In this document: positions 12,846-25,520 of the stretch, in pieces | How the letters are laid out: the number at the start of each line of letters is the position of its first letter | Numbering within the stretch: the stretch's first letter is position 1 | Assembly (NCBI GenBank): GCA_964016885.1 | Contig: OZ024741.1 | Coordinates: 305,412,001 to 305,476,000 of the forward strand | From: Eledone cirrhosa | Taxonomy: Eukaryota | DNA: 64,000 nucleotides | Direction: 5' to 3' | Made by a program: the position numbers and the translations under genes | The notes under the pieces: generated by a model | Told to the model about the DNA's origin: nothing | What the model saw: only the letters and a program-made list of their open reading frames with translations | Database searches by the model: none

Positions 12846-13472
12846 TATATTATATATATATATATTATATATAAAGAGCCATGTCTGTCAGTTCACCAGT
12901 TGCACTCTATATATATAGTGAGGAAGTAAGGAAAATAATACTCCACCTCTTACTCACTCCACCTCCCCCTCTCTCTAACTAACAAAAATGTAAAGCATGA
13001 ACAAATGAAAATAATTCAGAGGTTTTTTATGGATTGTTTGTGTGTGTGTGTATGTGTGTGTGTGTGTATGTGTGTGTTTCTATATGTCCTTCAACATATA
13101 GACAACACAACACAAACTTCAAAAACAGATTTTCATTATAAGGCTGATGGTTGTTGTTATTGAGAGAGAGAGAGAGAGTGAGGTGGAGTGAGAAAGAGAT
13201 AGGGAAGTGGATTGAGAGAGAAAGAAAGGGAGGTGGAGTGGGGGAGATGTTCTATAAAATTAAGAGAAACAGATGTAGAAGCAATCAACATACAGCTAAA
13301 GTGGCAATGAGAGAGTAAAATAGTAAAACTGGCAAAATGTTGTTTTTTCATATATGAGTGAAGTTTAGTTGGTTGATGCAGTCACGTGAATAAGCACATC
13401 AGTTTTTGCGCCAGTTTGTGATGGAATTTCCTTTTACTTAAAAAAAGTGGCTCATGAAGGCTTTTTTTTTAT

Positions 13473-13813
13473 AAATGTAATTTGATTGGTTATACATGAA
13501 ATTATGACTATCATGTGAACAAGTACATTAAATTTTGCACCCGTATTTTGGAATTCTTTATTAGCCATTTAGAGAATTTTGTGCCAAACAAAATATAATG
13601 GTCAAGGAAAAGGGATGGAGAGAGTTGTTCTGAGTATGACTGATGTGCTGAAATGTAATTTGATTTGTTATAAATGAAATTATGACTGTCACGTGAACAA
13701 GTACATTAAATTTCGCACCCATATTTGGGAATTTATTTTGTAGGCTTTTAGAGAATTTTGTGCCAAACAAAATATAATGGTCAAGAAAAATGGGATGGGG
13801 AGAATTGTTCTGA
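13473..13813. repeat. Tandem duplication of about 180 bp (2 units)
   Basis: aaatgtaatttgatt...gaacaagtacattaaattt...gtgccaaacaaaatataatggtcaag...ttgttctga at about 13473 and again at about 13651. Confidence 0.85.
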
Positions 13814-14253
13814 TTCACTGAATATGGCTGGTGCGCTGGGGTGTCAGAATTCAGACTTTCTATTGAAATAAAGAAAGTAGAGATATGTATGTTTATTTGT
13901 GTGTATGTGTGTGTGTGTAGGAAGATGATTCTATTAGTAGAAATGGGGGGAGGGAGTTGTGTGTGTGGGGGGGTGTATGTGTGTGGGAGTATGGTTAGCA
14001 TGTTAAAATGGAGAGAATATATATATTTTGTGTGTGTGTGTAGGAAAATGATTCTGTTAGTAGAAATGGGGGAGGGAGTTATGTGTGTGTGTGTGTGTGA
14101 GTATGGTTAGCATGTTAAGGTGTTAGAGTATTAACGTATGTTAAGGTTTATTTAGTTCTGGTTTTTATTTTCTAAAGTAGAAGGTGTTATGTGTGTGTGT
14201 ATGTATGTGTCTGTTTGGATGGTTAGCATGTTATGGTGTTGACATAATGTATA

Positions 14254-14750
14254 TTAAACTATATTTAATGTTGGTCTATATTTTTGAATAAACATATTTT
14301 CCCTATTTATTCGTATTTGTTCTGTTGTATTGTCAACGCAAAGATAAAATGGGTAGACTTTGAATTTGGGTGTCTTATTACTTGCGCATATGTCTAGATG
14401 TGAACTTAGTGGTATCTGTCTTGTGGTTGGATCTCGTAATTGTTGATGAACTGTCAATCTGTTTCTGAGTTGAGTTTGTCCTATATAATCTTCATTGCAT
14501 CCTTTACATTTAATGGCATAAAGTAGATTTTTTGATGAGCAAGTGAAGTGATTTTTTTACAGCAAAATTTTGTCCTGATTGAAATGTATACATGTTGCCT
14601 TCAATGAGGTGAGTGCAGGTTCCACAATTAGAGCGACCACATTTTTTGACAGTTGGTTGTAGGTTTGTGGTAGGTAATTTGGCATTGGTGAGTAATGTTT
14701 TTAGTGATTTTGGTTGTTTTTTGCTTTTGATTATTTTGTGTGTTTCAAGG
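14254..14750 (-). mobile_element. Penelope-like element relic: Cys-rich linker and GIY-YIG endonuclease
   Basis: Minus strand reads PKSLKTLLTNAKL...KKCGRSNCGTC...(frameshift) FTCSSKNLLYAIKCKGCNEDYIGQTQLRNRLTVH...RENMFIQKYRPTLN*. Confidence 0.85.
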
Positions 14751-15019
14751 GCTTTTTAAGTAAAAAGAAATTCAAACACAAACTGGCGCAAAAGCTGATG
14801 TGCTTATTCACGTGACTGCATCAACCAACCAAACTTCACTCATATATGAAAAAACAACCTGATCCCCCCTTTGTTTGAAGGCAAATATAATAAGAACTTT
14901 GTATCACAAACTGGCGCGAAATTTATTATACTTATTCACCAACCAACCAAATTACTTCTCTAAAAACCTAGCATTTCGAGCCACTTTTTTCCATATAAAA
15001 CAGAAGTAACATTCAAAGA

Positions 15020-15162
15020 CCAACCAGATGTGAGAAAAACCACAAACCCTCCATCTCAATTCTACTTTTGAAAAGCAGAAGAACTGCGAAACCAGTAAAG
15101 GAACCAAATAAATATATATTTAAAAAAAATAGACTCCAGTTGCATTTTCGATTTCATCTTTT
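15020..15162. repeat. Single-arm copy of the 58774-59364 palindromic repeat
   Basis: atgtgagaaaaac...gaagaactgcgaaaccagtaaaggaaccaaataaatat...agactccagttgcattttcgatttcatc matches 59070-59200. Confidence 0.85.
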
Positions 15163-16309
15163 TTCCTTATATATATATATTTAGTAATAATAATAAATGT
15201 GAAGACTAAAATCTGAAGAGGGCTCGATAAGGATAAATATATATCCCGTTAAGGGTGAAAGCAGCAATTTTTTTTGCTCAAACTTTAATCTGTTATTTTA
15301 ATATAATATATATATATATATATATATAATGAAGAATTAAAATAGAAGTTAGGAATATCCATCATCAGTTGTCTACTAGGCATCATAGGTATTTCTTCGC
15401 ATTACAGACAATATACCTCAGCCTAGGGCGATACAATAACTAAAATAAGTTATTGGGATAAAAAGAGTTGGGTGGAGAAAGAGAAAGACATGTAAACAGA
15501 CACGAATGGTGGGGCAACGGAAAGAGAGGAAAAAAATGAAAAAATCAAGTCAATAATTCATTTTGAACATAAGAACAGGCAAATATTGACGAGGAGAACA
15601 AAGACACATCTTAACTGTATGGATGTGAGCGAGAAGAAATATCGCGTACGGTGTGTGACGATGGAGGAAGTGAGAGAGAGGGTGAGTAGCAGAGAGTGAG
15701 TGAGTGAAAGTGAGAGAGAGGGTGAGTAGCAGAGAGTGAGTGAGTGAAAGTGCGAGGAAGAGGCTTGCCGAGAGAGGGTGACTAGCAGAGGGGGTGAATG
15801 AAAGTAAGAGGGAGAAGGAGAGAGAAAGAGGATAGCTGCGAGGGAAGAGAAAAAAGACAGGTCACAGCAAAGGGGAAAGCATATATGAATAAAAAATGGG
15901 GAGCTGTGTTGCAATTATGTATAAAAAATGAAGAATTAGAAATAGAAGTATGAAATTTATAGAAATTTGTGTGTGTATGTTAGTGTGTGTCTGTGCATTC
16001 GTGCGTGTTTGTGTGTGTGCATGTGTGTATCTCAAGTTAAATAAAGCAGACGTATATTTTATTACAGTTAACTTGATGTTGGTTCTACACAAATTAGAAA
16101 CACTGACCATCACTTCATTTAAACTACTATATATATACATATACAATATATATAATAATTCTGCTTTTTGTAAATAATATCAAGTGAATATTTATTATAT
16201 ATTTTGAAGTGTTTAGAATAATATTTCTTTCCTTATACATACAATGTTTCTAGGGCATTTTAAGTCTGGTGGTGTCCATTTCCTCTCTAGGTGTGAATGC
16301 AGCATATTT

Positions 16310-16505
16310 TTTCTAGAGAAAAAAGGAAGTGAGAAAGAGATATAAAGGAATCATTGACTCCAGTACCTGACTAGTAATTTTTTTATCGACCTCAGAAGGA
16401 TGAAAGGCAAAGTTGACCTCAATGGGATTTGAACTCAAAGAGTAGATATATGATACTGCAAAACATACTATCCAACGTTCTAATGACTCTGCCAATTCAC
16501 TGCCT
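16310..16505 (-). mobile_element. Deu/Nin-domain-like SINE
   Basis: Minus strand gagttcaaatcc...gaggtcaactttgcctttcatccttctgaggtcgataaaa; same family as 21419 and 51668. Confidence 0.7.
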
Positions 16506-16569
16506 AATTTTAAATAAAACTGAATGAATATTTATTATATGTTTTGAAGTGTTTAGAATAATAGTTCAT

Positions 16570-18970
16570 TCATCATCATCATCATCATCACCGTTTTACG
16601 TCCGTTCTTCCATGCTAGCATGGGTTAGACGGGTTGTCCTGTTGTAGGCAGTGTCTGGTCGGCTGATTATGCCTTGCTCATACAGGAACTGATTTTGACT
16701 TGATTTCTACAGCTGGATGCCCTTCCTAACATCAACCTCATTTACAGTGAGTGCTGGGTGCTTTTTTCCGTGGCACCTACACGTCCACTTTACAGTGTGG
16801 GATGGGTGCTTTTTTGCTGTGGCACCTCCACGACCACTTTGCAGGGGGAGTGGGGGGGGGGGCATATTGTCTATATGCTTCATCTTGTACCCATGGGAGG
16901 TCGGGTACTCTGTATTACTGCGAGACGCCAGAGGTCATGGTCGTGTGTCATCGCCTTTGAGAGGTGTAATTGGGTAAGGTCGGCTTTTATCACCTCATCC
17001 TAGGTCTTCTTGGGTCTCCCCACTCCGCGGTTTCCATTGACTTCTAGTGCTCTGCACCTTTTTATGCAGCTGTCATCCTTCATACGCATCACATGTCCAT
17101 ACCAATGCAACCGCCTCTCCTGCACACAGCATTTGATTCCTCTTATGCTCAATCTCTCTCTCAATTCATTTATGCTTTGCCGTTCGCGTATATTACTATT
17201 ACACATCCATCGGAGCATGCAGGCTTCGTTTCTTTCTAATCTACGTAAGCCTTCCACCTTCAGCGCCCAGGTCTCACTACCATGTAACATTGATGTTCGG
17301 ATACACGCATCATACAGTCTGCCTTTCATTTTGAGGGAGAAGCCTTTTGCAGCTAGCAGTGGCAGTAGTTCCCTGAACTTCTTCCATCCCATTCTTACCC
17401 TAGTTATTGTACTTTCTGAACACCCACCTCCGCTGCTAATTCGGTCACCTAGGTAGCAGAAGCTGTCTACTGTTTCTACAGAGCCCTCCCAGAGATTGGT
17501 GGTACTTGTTTCCTGTGGCTGTTTGCTGCTTGCTGTCCCAGCACAGCTGCTACATGTGAAGCCTACATTCTTAATTAAGCTTCCTGAGATCCCGCTACAT
17601 CTCTTGTGTACCCATTGTTTGCATTTGGGGCAGAGAATGGAGTTCCTACCTACACCTTTCCTACATACTGAGCAAGGCCATTTCCCTGAGGGGATCTGAG
17701 TTCTGTTTTCTCGTCTACTTACAAGGACCTTAGTCTTTGTCATGTTGACTTTGAGACCCTTTCTTTCTAGTCCCTGCTTCCAAGTTTGGAATTTCTTCTC
17801 TAGTTCTACCATAGATTCAGCTATAAGTGCGAGGTCATCTGCATACAGGAGTTCCCATGGGCATCCGGTCTTAAACTCCTCCGTTATTGCCTGCAGGACT
17901 ATGATGAACAGGAGAGGGCTAAGAACAGAGCCCTGGTGGACACCAACCTGTACGCTAAATTCCTCGCTATACTCATTGCTAATCCTAACTTTGCTGACTA
18001 CTCCCCTATACATGGCTTGTACAGCTTTCACAAGCCATTCATCTACTCCTAGTTTTCTAAGAGCCCACCAGATTATAGCACGTGGAACTCAAAGACTTTC
18101 TCGAGATCGACGAATGCCAGGTAGAGTGGCTTACTTTTAGCTAGGTACTTTTCCTGCAACTGCCTCACAGGAAGAGGGCATCAGTGGTGCCTCTTCCTGG
18201 TACAAACCCAAATTGCATCTCATCTAGTTTCACCCGGTCCCTAATCAACTGTGCTATAACTCTTTCTGTTACTTTCATGACCTGGACCATCAGCTTTATA
18301 CCTCTATAGTTTCCTCTATCTAGTGCATCACTTTTACCTTTGTAACAGTTGACAATGATGCTGCTGCACCAATCTTTTGGTATGACACCTAGTATTACCT
18401 GGTTAACAATATGTGTGGTTATAGTGTGACCTACAGACCCAGATGCCTTCAGCATCTCGGCAGCTATACCCGATGGACCAGTTGCCTTCCCCATCTTCAT
18501 ATCTTTGATTGCCTTACTTACTACGCTGCTGCTGACTTGTACTGCTGGCCCCTCTATAGGGTCTACTTAGGGTAGGGTCTCTTCTTCCCATGCGTTCTCC
18601 TCATTTAGTAATCTATCATAATGGCTCTTCCATGCATCTTTCTTCTCAGCACTTGTGAGGGCAAGCTCACCTTTATCATTCCGGATACACTTCTCTCCAA
18701 TGACATCACAATTCTCTCTGACACACTGCCTCGCAATCCTGAACACCTCCAGTTTCTGGTCCTCACGTTGCAAAACATGCTTGAATTTTTTATCCTCTGC
18801 TTCCCTCCTAGCTAAGTCTCTATGTAATGTACCCTGCTTGGTCTCTATGTAATGTACCCGGCTTCCCCCGTTCTTCCATTCTTTCCATGCCTGTCTCTTG
18901 GCCTTAACTGCCTCATCTACCTTATTGTTCCACCACCAAGCCCTCCTGCTTGTGGTCTTATTCATTCCAC
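16570..18970 (-). mobile_element. 5'-truncated RTE LINE, second subfamily, with RT, PHD insert and (GAT)n tail
   Basis: ORFs 18965-18567, 18500-18165 and 18031-17000 (WWWN, KATGPSG, NYRGIKL, LYADD, RRLHWYGHVMRM); (CAT)n at 16570-16590. Confidence 0.93.
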
Positions 18971-19004
18971 ATATATATTAAGTTTTTATTGCAGTAATAT
19001 AGAT

Positions 19005-19547
19005 TGACAGACAGACTTATAATTATAAAACTAAGATGGTTGCAAGCTTCTTGAGAAAGGATGGATAGATATAAAGCATGGATCAGACAGGAACGTGAAA
19101 AGAAAAAATCTAAAGAGAAAAAAGACGACACCAATGGAGACGTGTGGAAATAAATGATGAACAGAGGAATATCGTTTTAGAGCAAGCTAGACTAAGACAA
19201 CAGGAGAGAAGAAATAATATGCTTCAAGATGAATGTCAAGTATATGTAGAGGAACAAAGACTCAGAGGAGCACCAAGAATATTTGGAGCATGATAGACTA
19301 AGACAACAGAGAGGCGCATAGACTTAGATTAGAAAACATGAATGCTGAAGAACTGCACAATTTCAGACAGGATAGACTGCATAATGAGTTTCTTATGAGA
19401 AATGGGCCAGCAATTAATAATAATGGTAATGTAGAAGAATTTCATATTGGTGATATAAATGTTTTGTGTGATCATTGTGGAGCTTTGAAATTTAGAAATG
19501 AATGTTATAACTGTTGTAATGGGAAAATTGTGCTGCCTCCATTGCTG
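19005..19547 (+). mobile_element. Helitron Rep/Hel N-terminal relic
   Basis: FHIGDINVLCDHCGALKFRNECYNCCNGKIVLPPL is the typical Helitron N-terminal zinc motif, preceded by an R/E/Q-rich stretch. Confidence 0.8.
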
Positions 19548-19810
19548 GATACCTTAACCACTTTACTGTGTAGACTGGGTGCATTTTATCATGCCACCAG
19601 TACTAGAACATTTTTCTATCAGGACTTAAGAGTTCCCTCTACCTTGTATCAGTTATTATTCAGAGTGACTGCTTTCCTAGATGGGGTGCTTTCACTACAG
19701 CTTATGGAGTCTACATGAATAATAGAAAAGATTAAGAAACTTTTTGAAATGAACCTGCTTTTATGGGACTTGGTTATAAAGAAAACATGAGTTTCTCCTT
19801 ATATTTTCAG

Positions 19811-19941
19811 ATTTATAAATGATGACTGTTCTCTTAATAGATCCTCACTTTCCGATGATTCTTTCAATTGTTCTGATGTTGCATTCTCAGTACAGAATAT
19901 TTCATATGGTATACCAAGATCTAAGGAAATTCTATGTAAAA
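19811..19941 (+). CDS. ABCD4: ABCD4-like transporter, internal exon (linker into nucleotide-binding domain)
   Basis: ttttcag acceptor, gtaagt donor; reads FINDD...DVAFSVQNISYGIPRSKEILCK; phase fits the next exon. Confidence 0.8.
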
Positions 19942-20456
19942 GTAAGTTTTTGATATTCAAATATTGATCTTTATACTGCTTTATTCAATAGACTGCGACC
20001 ATGCTGTGGCACCGTCCTGATTTGGTTGATCATATTGACTTCAGTACATGTTTTTTCAAGTCTGCTACATATTTTATCAATCTTATCTTTGTCAAACTGC
20101 TAAGTATCGACACATATGTAAAACCAAACACAGATACATACACACATACATTCACCACACACATATGCAAACACACACATGCAAATATATACACAAGAGG
20201 CTTCAGCAGTTTTTTGTCCACACAATTCCATTCTCTAGACATTGATCAATAAACTGAGGTTATAGTAGAAGACACTTGCTCAAAGTGCTGTTTAACAGAA
20301 CTGAACCCAGAAACACATTATTGTGAAGTGATCTCCTTAACAACATAGTCATGCCCGACCATGTGGTCATGTATTCTATCCCAATACATGGAACCTTGTG
20401 CAAGTCTCTTTTACCTAAGGTCAATCAATGTCATGTGAATGAATTTGTTAAATTGA

Positions 20457-20802
20457 TGGAGGCACATGGCTTAGTGGTTAGAGCATTGGCCTTGCAATCG
20501 ATAGGTTGTGAGTTCAATTCTCAGACCGGGTGATGTGTTGTTTCCTTGAGCAAGACACTTTATTTGACATTGCTCCAGTTTACTCAGCTGTAGAAATGAG
20601 ATGATAGGGACTGGGGTCCCTATCATTCCACTGCAAAGTGGTCGTGTAGGTGCCATGAAAAAAAAAGCACCCAGCACTTACTGTAAATGTGGTTGATGTT
20701 AGGAAGGGCATCCAGCTGTAGAAATCAAGCCAGAATCAGTTCCCGTCCCACCCTTACAAGCAGGGAAAAGCGGACGTAAAATGATGATGATGATGATGAT
20801 GA
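20457..20802 (+). mobile_element. tRNA-derived CORE-like SINE with RTE tail
   Basis: Near-identical to 1476-1819. Confidence 0.85.
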
Positions 20803-21418
20803 CACTAACGAAGCTCATCACCATTGTAATTATCATTTATCGTAATTATCTTCCTGCTAGAAAGGGTTGGATTTGTTTTCTCAGACTGAGTTAATACTCA
20901 AGTGGATCTCAGATTTGCCAGGGTGCTTAGAAATTGGTTATATATACCCATGTGCTCTACCAAATGCATTTTATCATGGCACTAGCATTAGGAAATTTGT
21001 CACGACTTTGTGAGCTTGTGTATGTTTGTTTTTTTACTCTTCTCATCTTTGTATTTGATATTGCAGTTGGTGATATTTGTTTATGTTCTACATAAACATA
21101 GATCTAAAATCAGGAAGAGCAATCAACTGTAGAATTTTGCCAAATTGCCTTAAAATCCTGTCCAACATTCTTAAATGAGAAAGAACACATTGGATAATGT
21201 TTAGTGAAAGAAAAGTGGCAGAATAGATACCTTTGATCATAGGTCTGCTTGTTTCATAACTGCCCTGAGGCTAAACATCAACAACATAACTAGATGCTTT
21301 AATCCTTTTGTTACCATATTTCTATTGAAAGTCACTACTTATAATTTTCAAACTAGTTTGAAAATAATCAAAACTTTTGTGGTATTCAGTAATATAAGTA
21401 ATCTAAACTTTTGACATT

Positions 21419-21810
21419 TGAATTGGCAGTATCGGTAGAGGGTTGGACGCCATACTTTCCAGTATGTTCAAATCCCGCTGAGGTTAACTTTGCCTTTCAT
21501 CCTTACGGGGTCGATAAAATAAAGTACCAGTAATCTACTGGGTAATTGCTGGCCTTGTGCCTAAAGTAGAAACAATTATTAAGCTGGTATAGGGCAGTGG
21601 ATTGGTAGTGTTGGCAGAGTGTGAGACAAAATGTTATATTTAGTTATGACTTTCTACATTCTGAGTTTAAATCCAGTTTAGGTCAACTTTGCCTTTCATC
21701 CTCCCAGAGTCACTAAAATAAAGTATCATTTAAGTACTGGGGTTAATATAATTAACTTTCTCCTTCCCTCAAATTGCTGACCTTGTGCTAATGTTAGAAA
21801 GAATTATTAA
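21419..21810 (+). mobile_element. Two tandem Deu/Nin-like SINEs inside a TTAA-ended MITE-like repeat (about 21300-21925)
   Basis: Each has attggcagt...gttcaaatcc...actttgcctttcatcc...taaaataaagta...ccttgtgc...agaaa.aattatt. Further copies lie near 27200, 30185, 33925(-), 49730, 50284(-), 51668, 60355(-) and 60990(-). Confidence 0.75.
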
Positions 21811-22262
21811 GCTAGTGTTTGGAGCATAACTTAACAAAGGTTCTTACATAAAACTCTGATGGAAAAACAGCTTTGTATCACGGAACCAAAGGCAGTTTCA
21901 GGAAGTTTGGTGTCAAAAGGATTGAAAACATAACCAATTAATTGTCTAAAGCTAGTCAGGCCAGTGCTTATCCTGGTTTCATGGCATAAAGCAAATGAGA
22001 GTACAAGACTTTTCCCTGGACAAGATGACAGTTCATTGCAGGTTTATACCCCCAGTTATTGCTAGTACTCATTTTCAGCTGAATATACTAAAGCAACATG
22101 AAATTAAGTGTTTTGCTCAAGAACACAACACATAACCCAGCCTAGGAATCGAACCCACAACATTATGACCACAAGTCCAATTAATTGTACAGTATGCTAA
22201 TTTTAAAATTGGTGATTTTTGAAAGAAATAAAATCTTTTTTTCTTTCCTTTTTCTTTGAAAG

Positions 22263-22373
22263 ATTTGACCTTTCAGCTTCAATCTGGAATAAACGTGTTA
22301 GTAACTGGTGAAAGTGGTTGTGGTAAAAGTTCCTTGTTACGTGTAATCATTGGTTTGTGGCCACATACATCAG
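22263..22373 (+). CDS. ABCD4: ABCD4-like exon, Walker A
   Basis: NLTFQLQSGINVLVTGESGCGKSSLLRVIIGLWPHTSG; AG/GT boundaries; phase 1 to 1. Confidence 0.93.
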
Positions 22374-22694
22374 GTAGGATTATATTTTATGTTTTATATT
22401 CTTGTGACCACACTTGTAATGAAATACATTGTCTATATGTTACAATTCTACTCATCCTCCTCCTTGAAGGATATTTGGCTGTTATTTCTAGCAGGTGGAG
22501 CAATATAAAAGCTTCTTTTTCTGTCAGTCATTGTTGTTATTATGTTGTTTAGTCTCAGGTGAAGCATGATTAACGGAAGCAATTTATAAGACAGTATAAT
22601 GTTTAAATGGAATGTATACTTGTCACAGAACATTGCACATATAGAGGAAATGACACGACTATGCAAAAAGCTCTCCTGTCTTTTTTTTTCACTT

Positions 22695-23395
22695 TTAATA
22701 ATAATAATAATAATAAAAATATTGTGTACAGTGCTCAGGTGCACTACAACTCATCAAAAGTATGTATAGTACATAGGGTAATGTACAAACGTCAGGAAAA
22801 TGAACAGTGCATGAGTCATGATATACACGTGTGCATGTGTATGGAAGGGGGACATCAGGTGTAGTTTTGGCGAATTTCGGGAAGCATGAGGGTTTTAAAG
22901 GATGCAGTTTCTCGGCAGTTAACAACTGATGCAGGCAGTTTGTTCCATGCTTCAGCAACTCTAAGCGTGAAAAAATGTTTCCGAAAGTCATGGGAGCTGT
23001 GCTGTTTTCTGACTTTGTAGGCATGTCCACGCATGTTAGACACATGGAGATCAAAAAGGTGCTCAGGGTTGCTGTTGGCGAGATGGTTAATAACTTTGTG
23101 GGTGTTTACCAAGTCAGTTGCCAGACGTCGGAGTTTCAATGAATCCATGCCTAGGGAAGCAAGGCGTTCAGAGTATGGTAGGTGTCTGATGGAGGGTATG
23201 CGCTTGGTTGAACATCTCTGAACAGTTTCCAGGAGGTCAATGTTCTGAGCAAGATAGGGGTTCCAGACTGATGATGCGAATTCCAATTGTGGTCGTACCA
23301 TAGCTGTATACAGCTTTAAATAGATGGCTGGAGAGCGGCTAACAAAGGTCTTGCTGAGTGCTGCCAAGACACCCTCGGCCTTCTTGACAATTTTT
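22695..23395 (-). mobile_element. CR1-like LINE 3' fragment
   Basis: LYTAMVRPQLEFASSVWNPY...RGHAYKVRK...HFFTLRVAEAWNKLP, 3' UTR and (ATT)n tail; matches 39610-40300. Confidence 0.92.
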
Positions 23396-24412
23396 TGTTT
23401 TATGGTTTCTGGTTACTCAAAGTAGTTTGAGTTTTATTTTAAAAGATAATATTTATGCTAAAACACTGTGTATATTGGAAGATTTATGATAGATTTAACT
23501 ACAGTTTTTGAATTAGGAGCTTTTACTGTGAAAAGAATACAATGTGAAGTGTAAACACATTCAATTATTCTTTTGTAGATAGAAAAACATGAGAGATTTC
23601 CTTGATGCATTTCAGAGATCTTTATCTTCTCATTATAAGATATGTATCACCATTGTATTTACATTGACTTTTCCATGATAGCATGAGTTGGATGGGATTT
23701 TTAATGTATATGATTTTTAATGTATCTGTCCAGAATTCTCTCACCTCTTTCTGCTCAAACTGGCTGTAACTGGCCACTCATACTGGTGTTAAGGTATTGT
23801 TCTCAAAATAAATAATATCAAAATCTCATAGATTCGATATTATGTGAGATATTATGTGAAGTAAAGCCTTTACTGTGAAAATACAATAGTAAATATAGAG
23901 TAATGTAAATGCTAAAGAGTTAAGGCAATATTTTACTGCTGGTTTTTATTACTGGATGCTTTATTTAAGACCAAACACTTTATAGAGTGTACTGGATGCA
24001 TTTTATTGTGGCACCAACACTAAGGAGGTTGTTCTGTCAACCCTTTGTTTGGCAAGTTTTCTATAGCTGGATGCCCTTCCTAACATCAACCATTTTACCA
24101 TACTATAAAATTGTATCTGAGTCAAATTTCTATCTCATGCTTTGTGATTGTATACACTATTTCTATTTGGTTTAGAATTGGCACACTGCAATGCAATTAT
24201 GTGTGTTGTAAGAAGCAACTAAAAGCGTCAGATCCCATAAGTATGAAGCCTGTCATGAGTTGCACAAAGCAAGCCTTTGCTTTAGTAGGGGGAAAAAGGC
24301 TTGTATACACTAGGAGGAGGAGTAGCAGCTTTGTGATTGCATAATTCCATGAATGAATTCAGTTCTTGAAGTCAAGATCTTTATATTCTTACCTGCTTTT
24401 GATTTATTTCAG

Positions 24413-24504
24413 GAACTATTAGTTGTTCTAATTACCTTGGTTCTGATGGAATTATGTTTCTACCACAAAAACCATATTTCACCAATGGTAGTTTATTACA
24501 ACAA
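24413..24504 (+). CDS. ABCD4: ABCD4-like exon, Q-loop
   Basis: GTISCSNYLGSDGIMFLPQKPYFTNGSLLQQ; tttcag acceptor, gtaagt donor. Confidence 0.93.
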
Positions 24505-25339
24505 GTAAGTTTTCTATGACAAAATAATTCTTTATCATTAAAGACACCTTGTTACAATAAAACATAATCTTTCATGTAGGTATGCATGTTCTCTTCCTCC
24601 CACATCTTAACTCATCCTGTACTATATATTTATAATGAAAGACACTGCCTATGATTTTCAAATCATTTTGAAAATAAGAATTTCGAGGGATTTAGTAATA
24701 TAACTAACTTTCTCATTATTAAGCTGATGTTTTAAACATAACTTAGCAAAATCTCTTACATAAAGTTATGATGGAAAGCTTTTAGATAAATACAGACACT
24801 TTGCTACTAAACCACCCAGAAATAAAGCCACCAATTTTATAAGGTTATTACTTAAATTAAAATCTTCCAACATAATTTGATATAATTTGTGTTACAAATA
24901 CCATCTTAATAATAATTTTAGGAAATACATCAAGATTTTTCATTTATTAGCTCAAATACAGTATATTTCATTAAAAATATGACAATAAAAGGGTTAGTAC
25001 TATAGATTCAGGGGCTTTTTAGGTGGTTTGGTATCAAATGGGTTAATGAAGTACCATTAAGTTAACCTAAAAGGATGTCTTCTTGACAAATATTTTTGAG
25101 AATTTCTTTCAATTTTCACTCACTTGTTTGTTATTCCTTTTATTTACCCTCTACTGCTGTTCTATGTTTTTTACTTGTACATTCTGCCTACTTCATTTCC
25201 ATGTTACCTCTAACCAGTGGTGTAGCATGGGCAGAGCCACAGCAATGGTTGCTGAGGCTGTAAAATTCTTAGGGATGCAAAATTTCAAAAGAGAAAAACT
25301 ATAGTAGTAACAAATAGCATGTTCTCCCTGTCACACACA

Positions 25340-25520
25340 CAATCTTTTAAACTATCATTGTTTCAACTGCTAGTTACGAAAGAAGTTTCTCAAAATTTGA
25401 ATTAATCAAAATGTTATGAGAGATCTTCAATGAGCCCAGAAAAAGTGAGTAATCAAACTATACTATCAATTGAGATTTCAATGCTGTTTTTGAAAAATTG
25501 GCACAAATTAAAACTAAGTG
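25340..25520 (+). mobile_element. hAT transposase C-terminal dimerisation domain relic
   Basis: Degenerate TASYERSFSKFELIK...SMSPEKVSNQTILSIE resembles the hAT motif ERSFSKLKLIK...RSTMSQERL..LAILSIE. Confidence 0.7.

Larger units (their letters stand above)
13339..14858. repeat. Inverted repeat of about 106 bp (13339-13444 and 14753-14858) enclosing tandem repeats and a Penelope fragment
   Basis: gttgttttttcatatatgagtgaagttt...gcgccagtttgtg...tttacttaaaaa recurs as its reverse complement with few mismatches. Confidence 0.85.

Noticed and set aside
15670-15810. GA-rich tandem repeat of about 40 bp and its minus-strand ORF
   Set aside because: Ordinary microsatellite-derived repeat; the ORF is low complexity.
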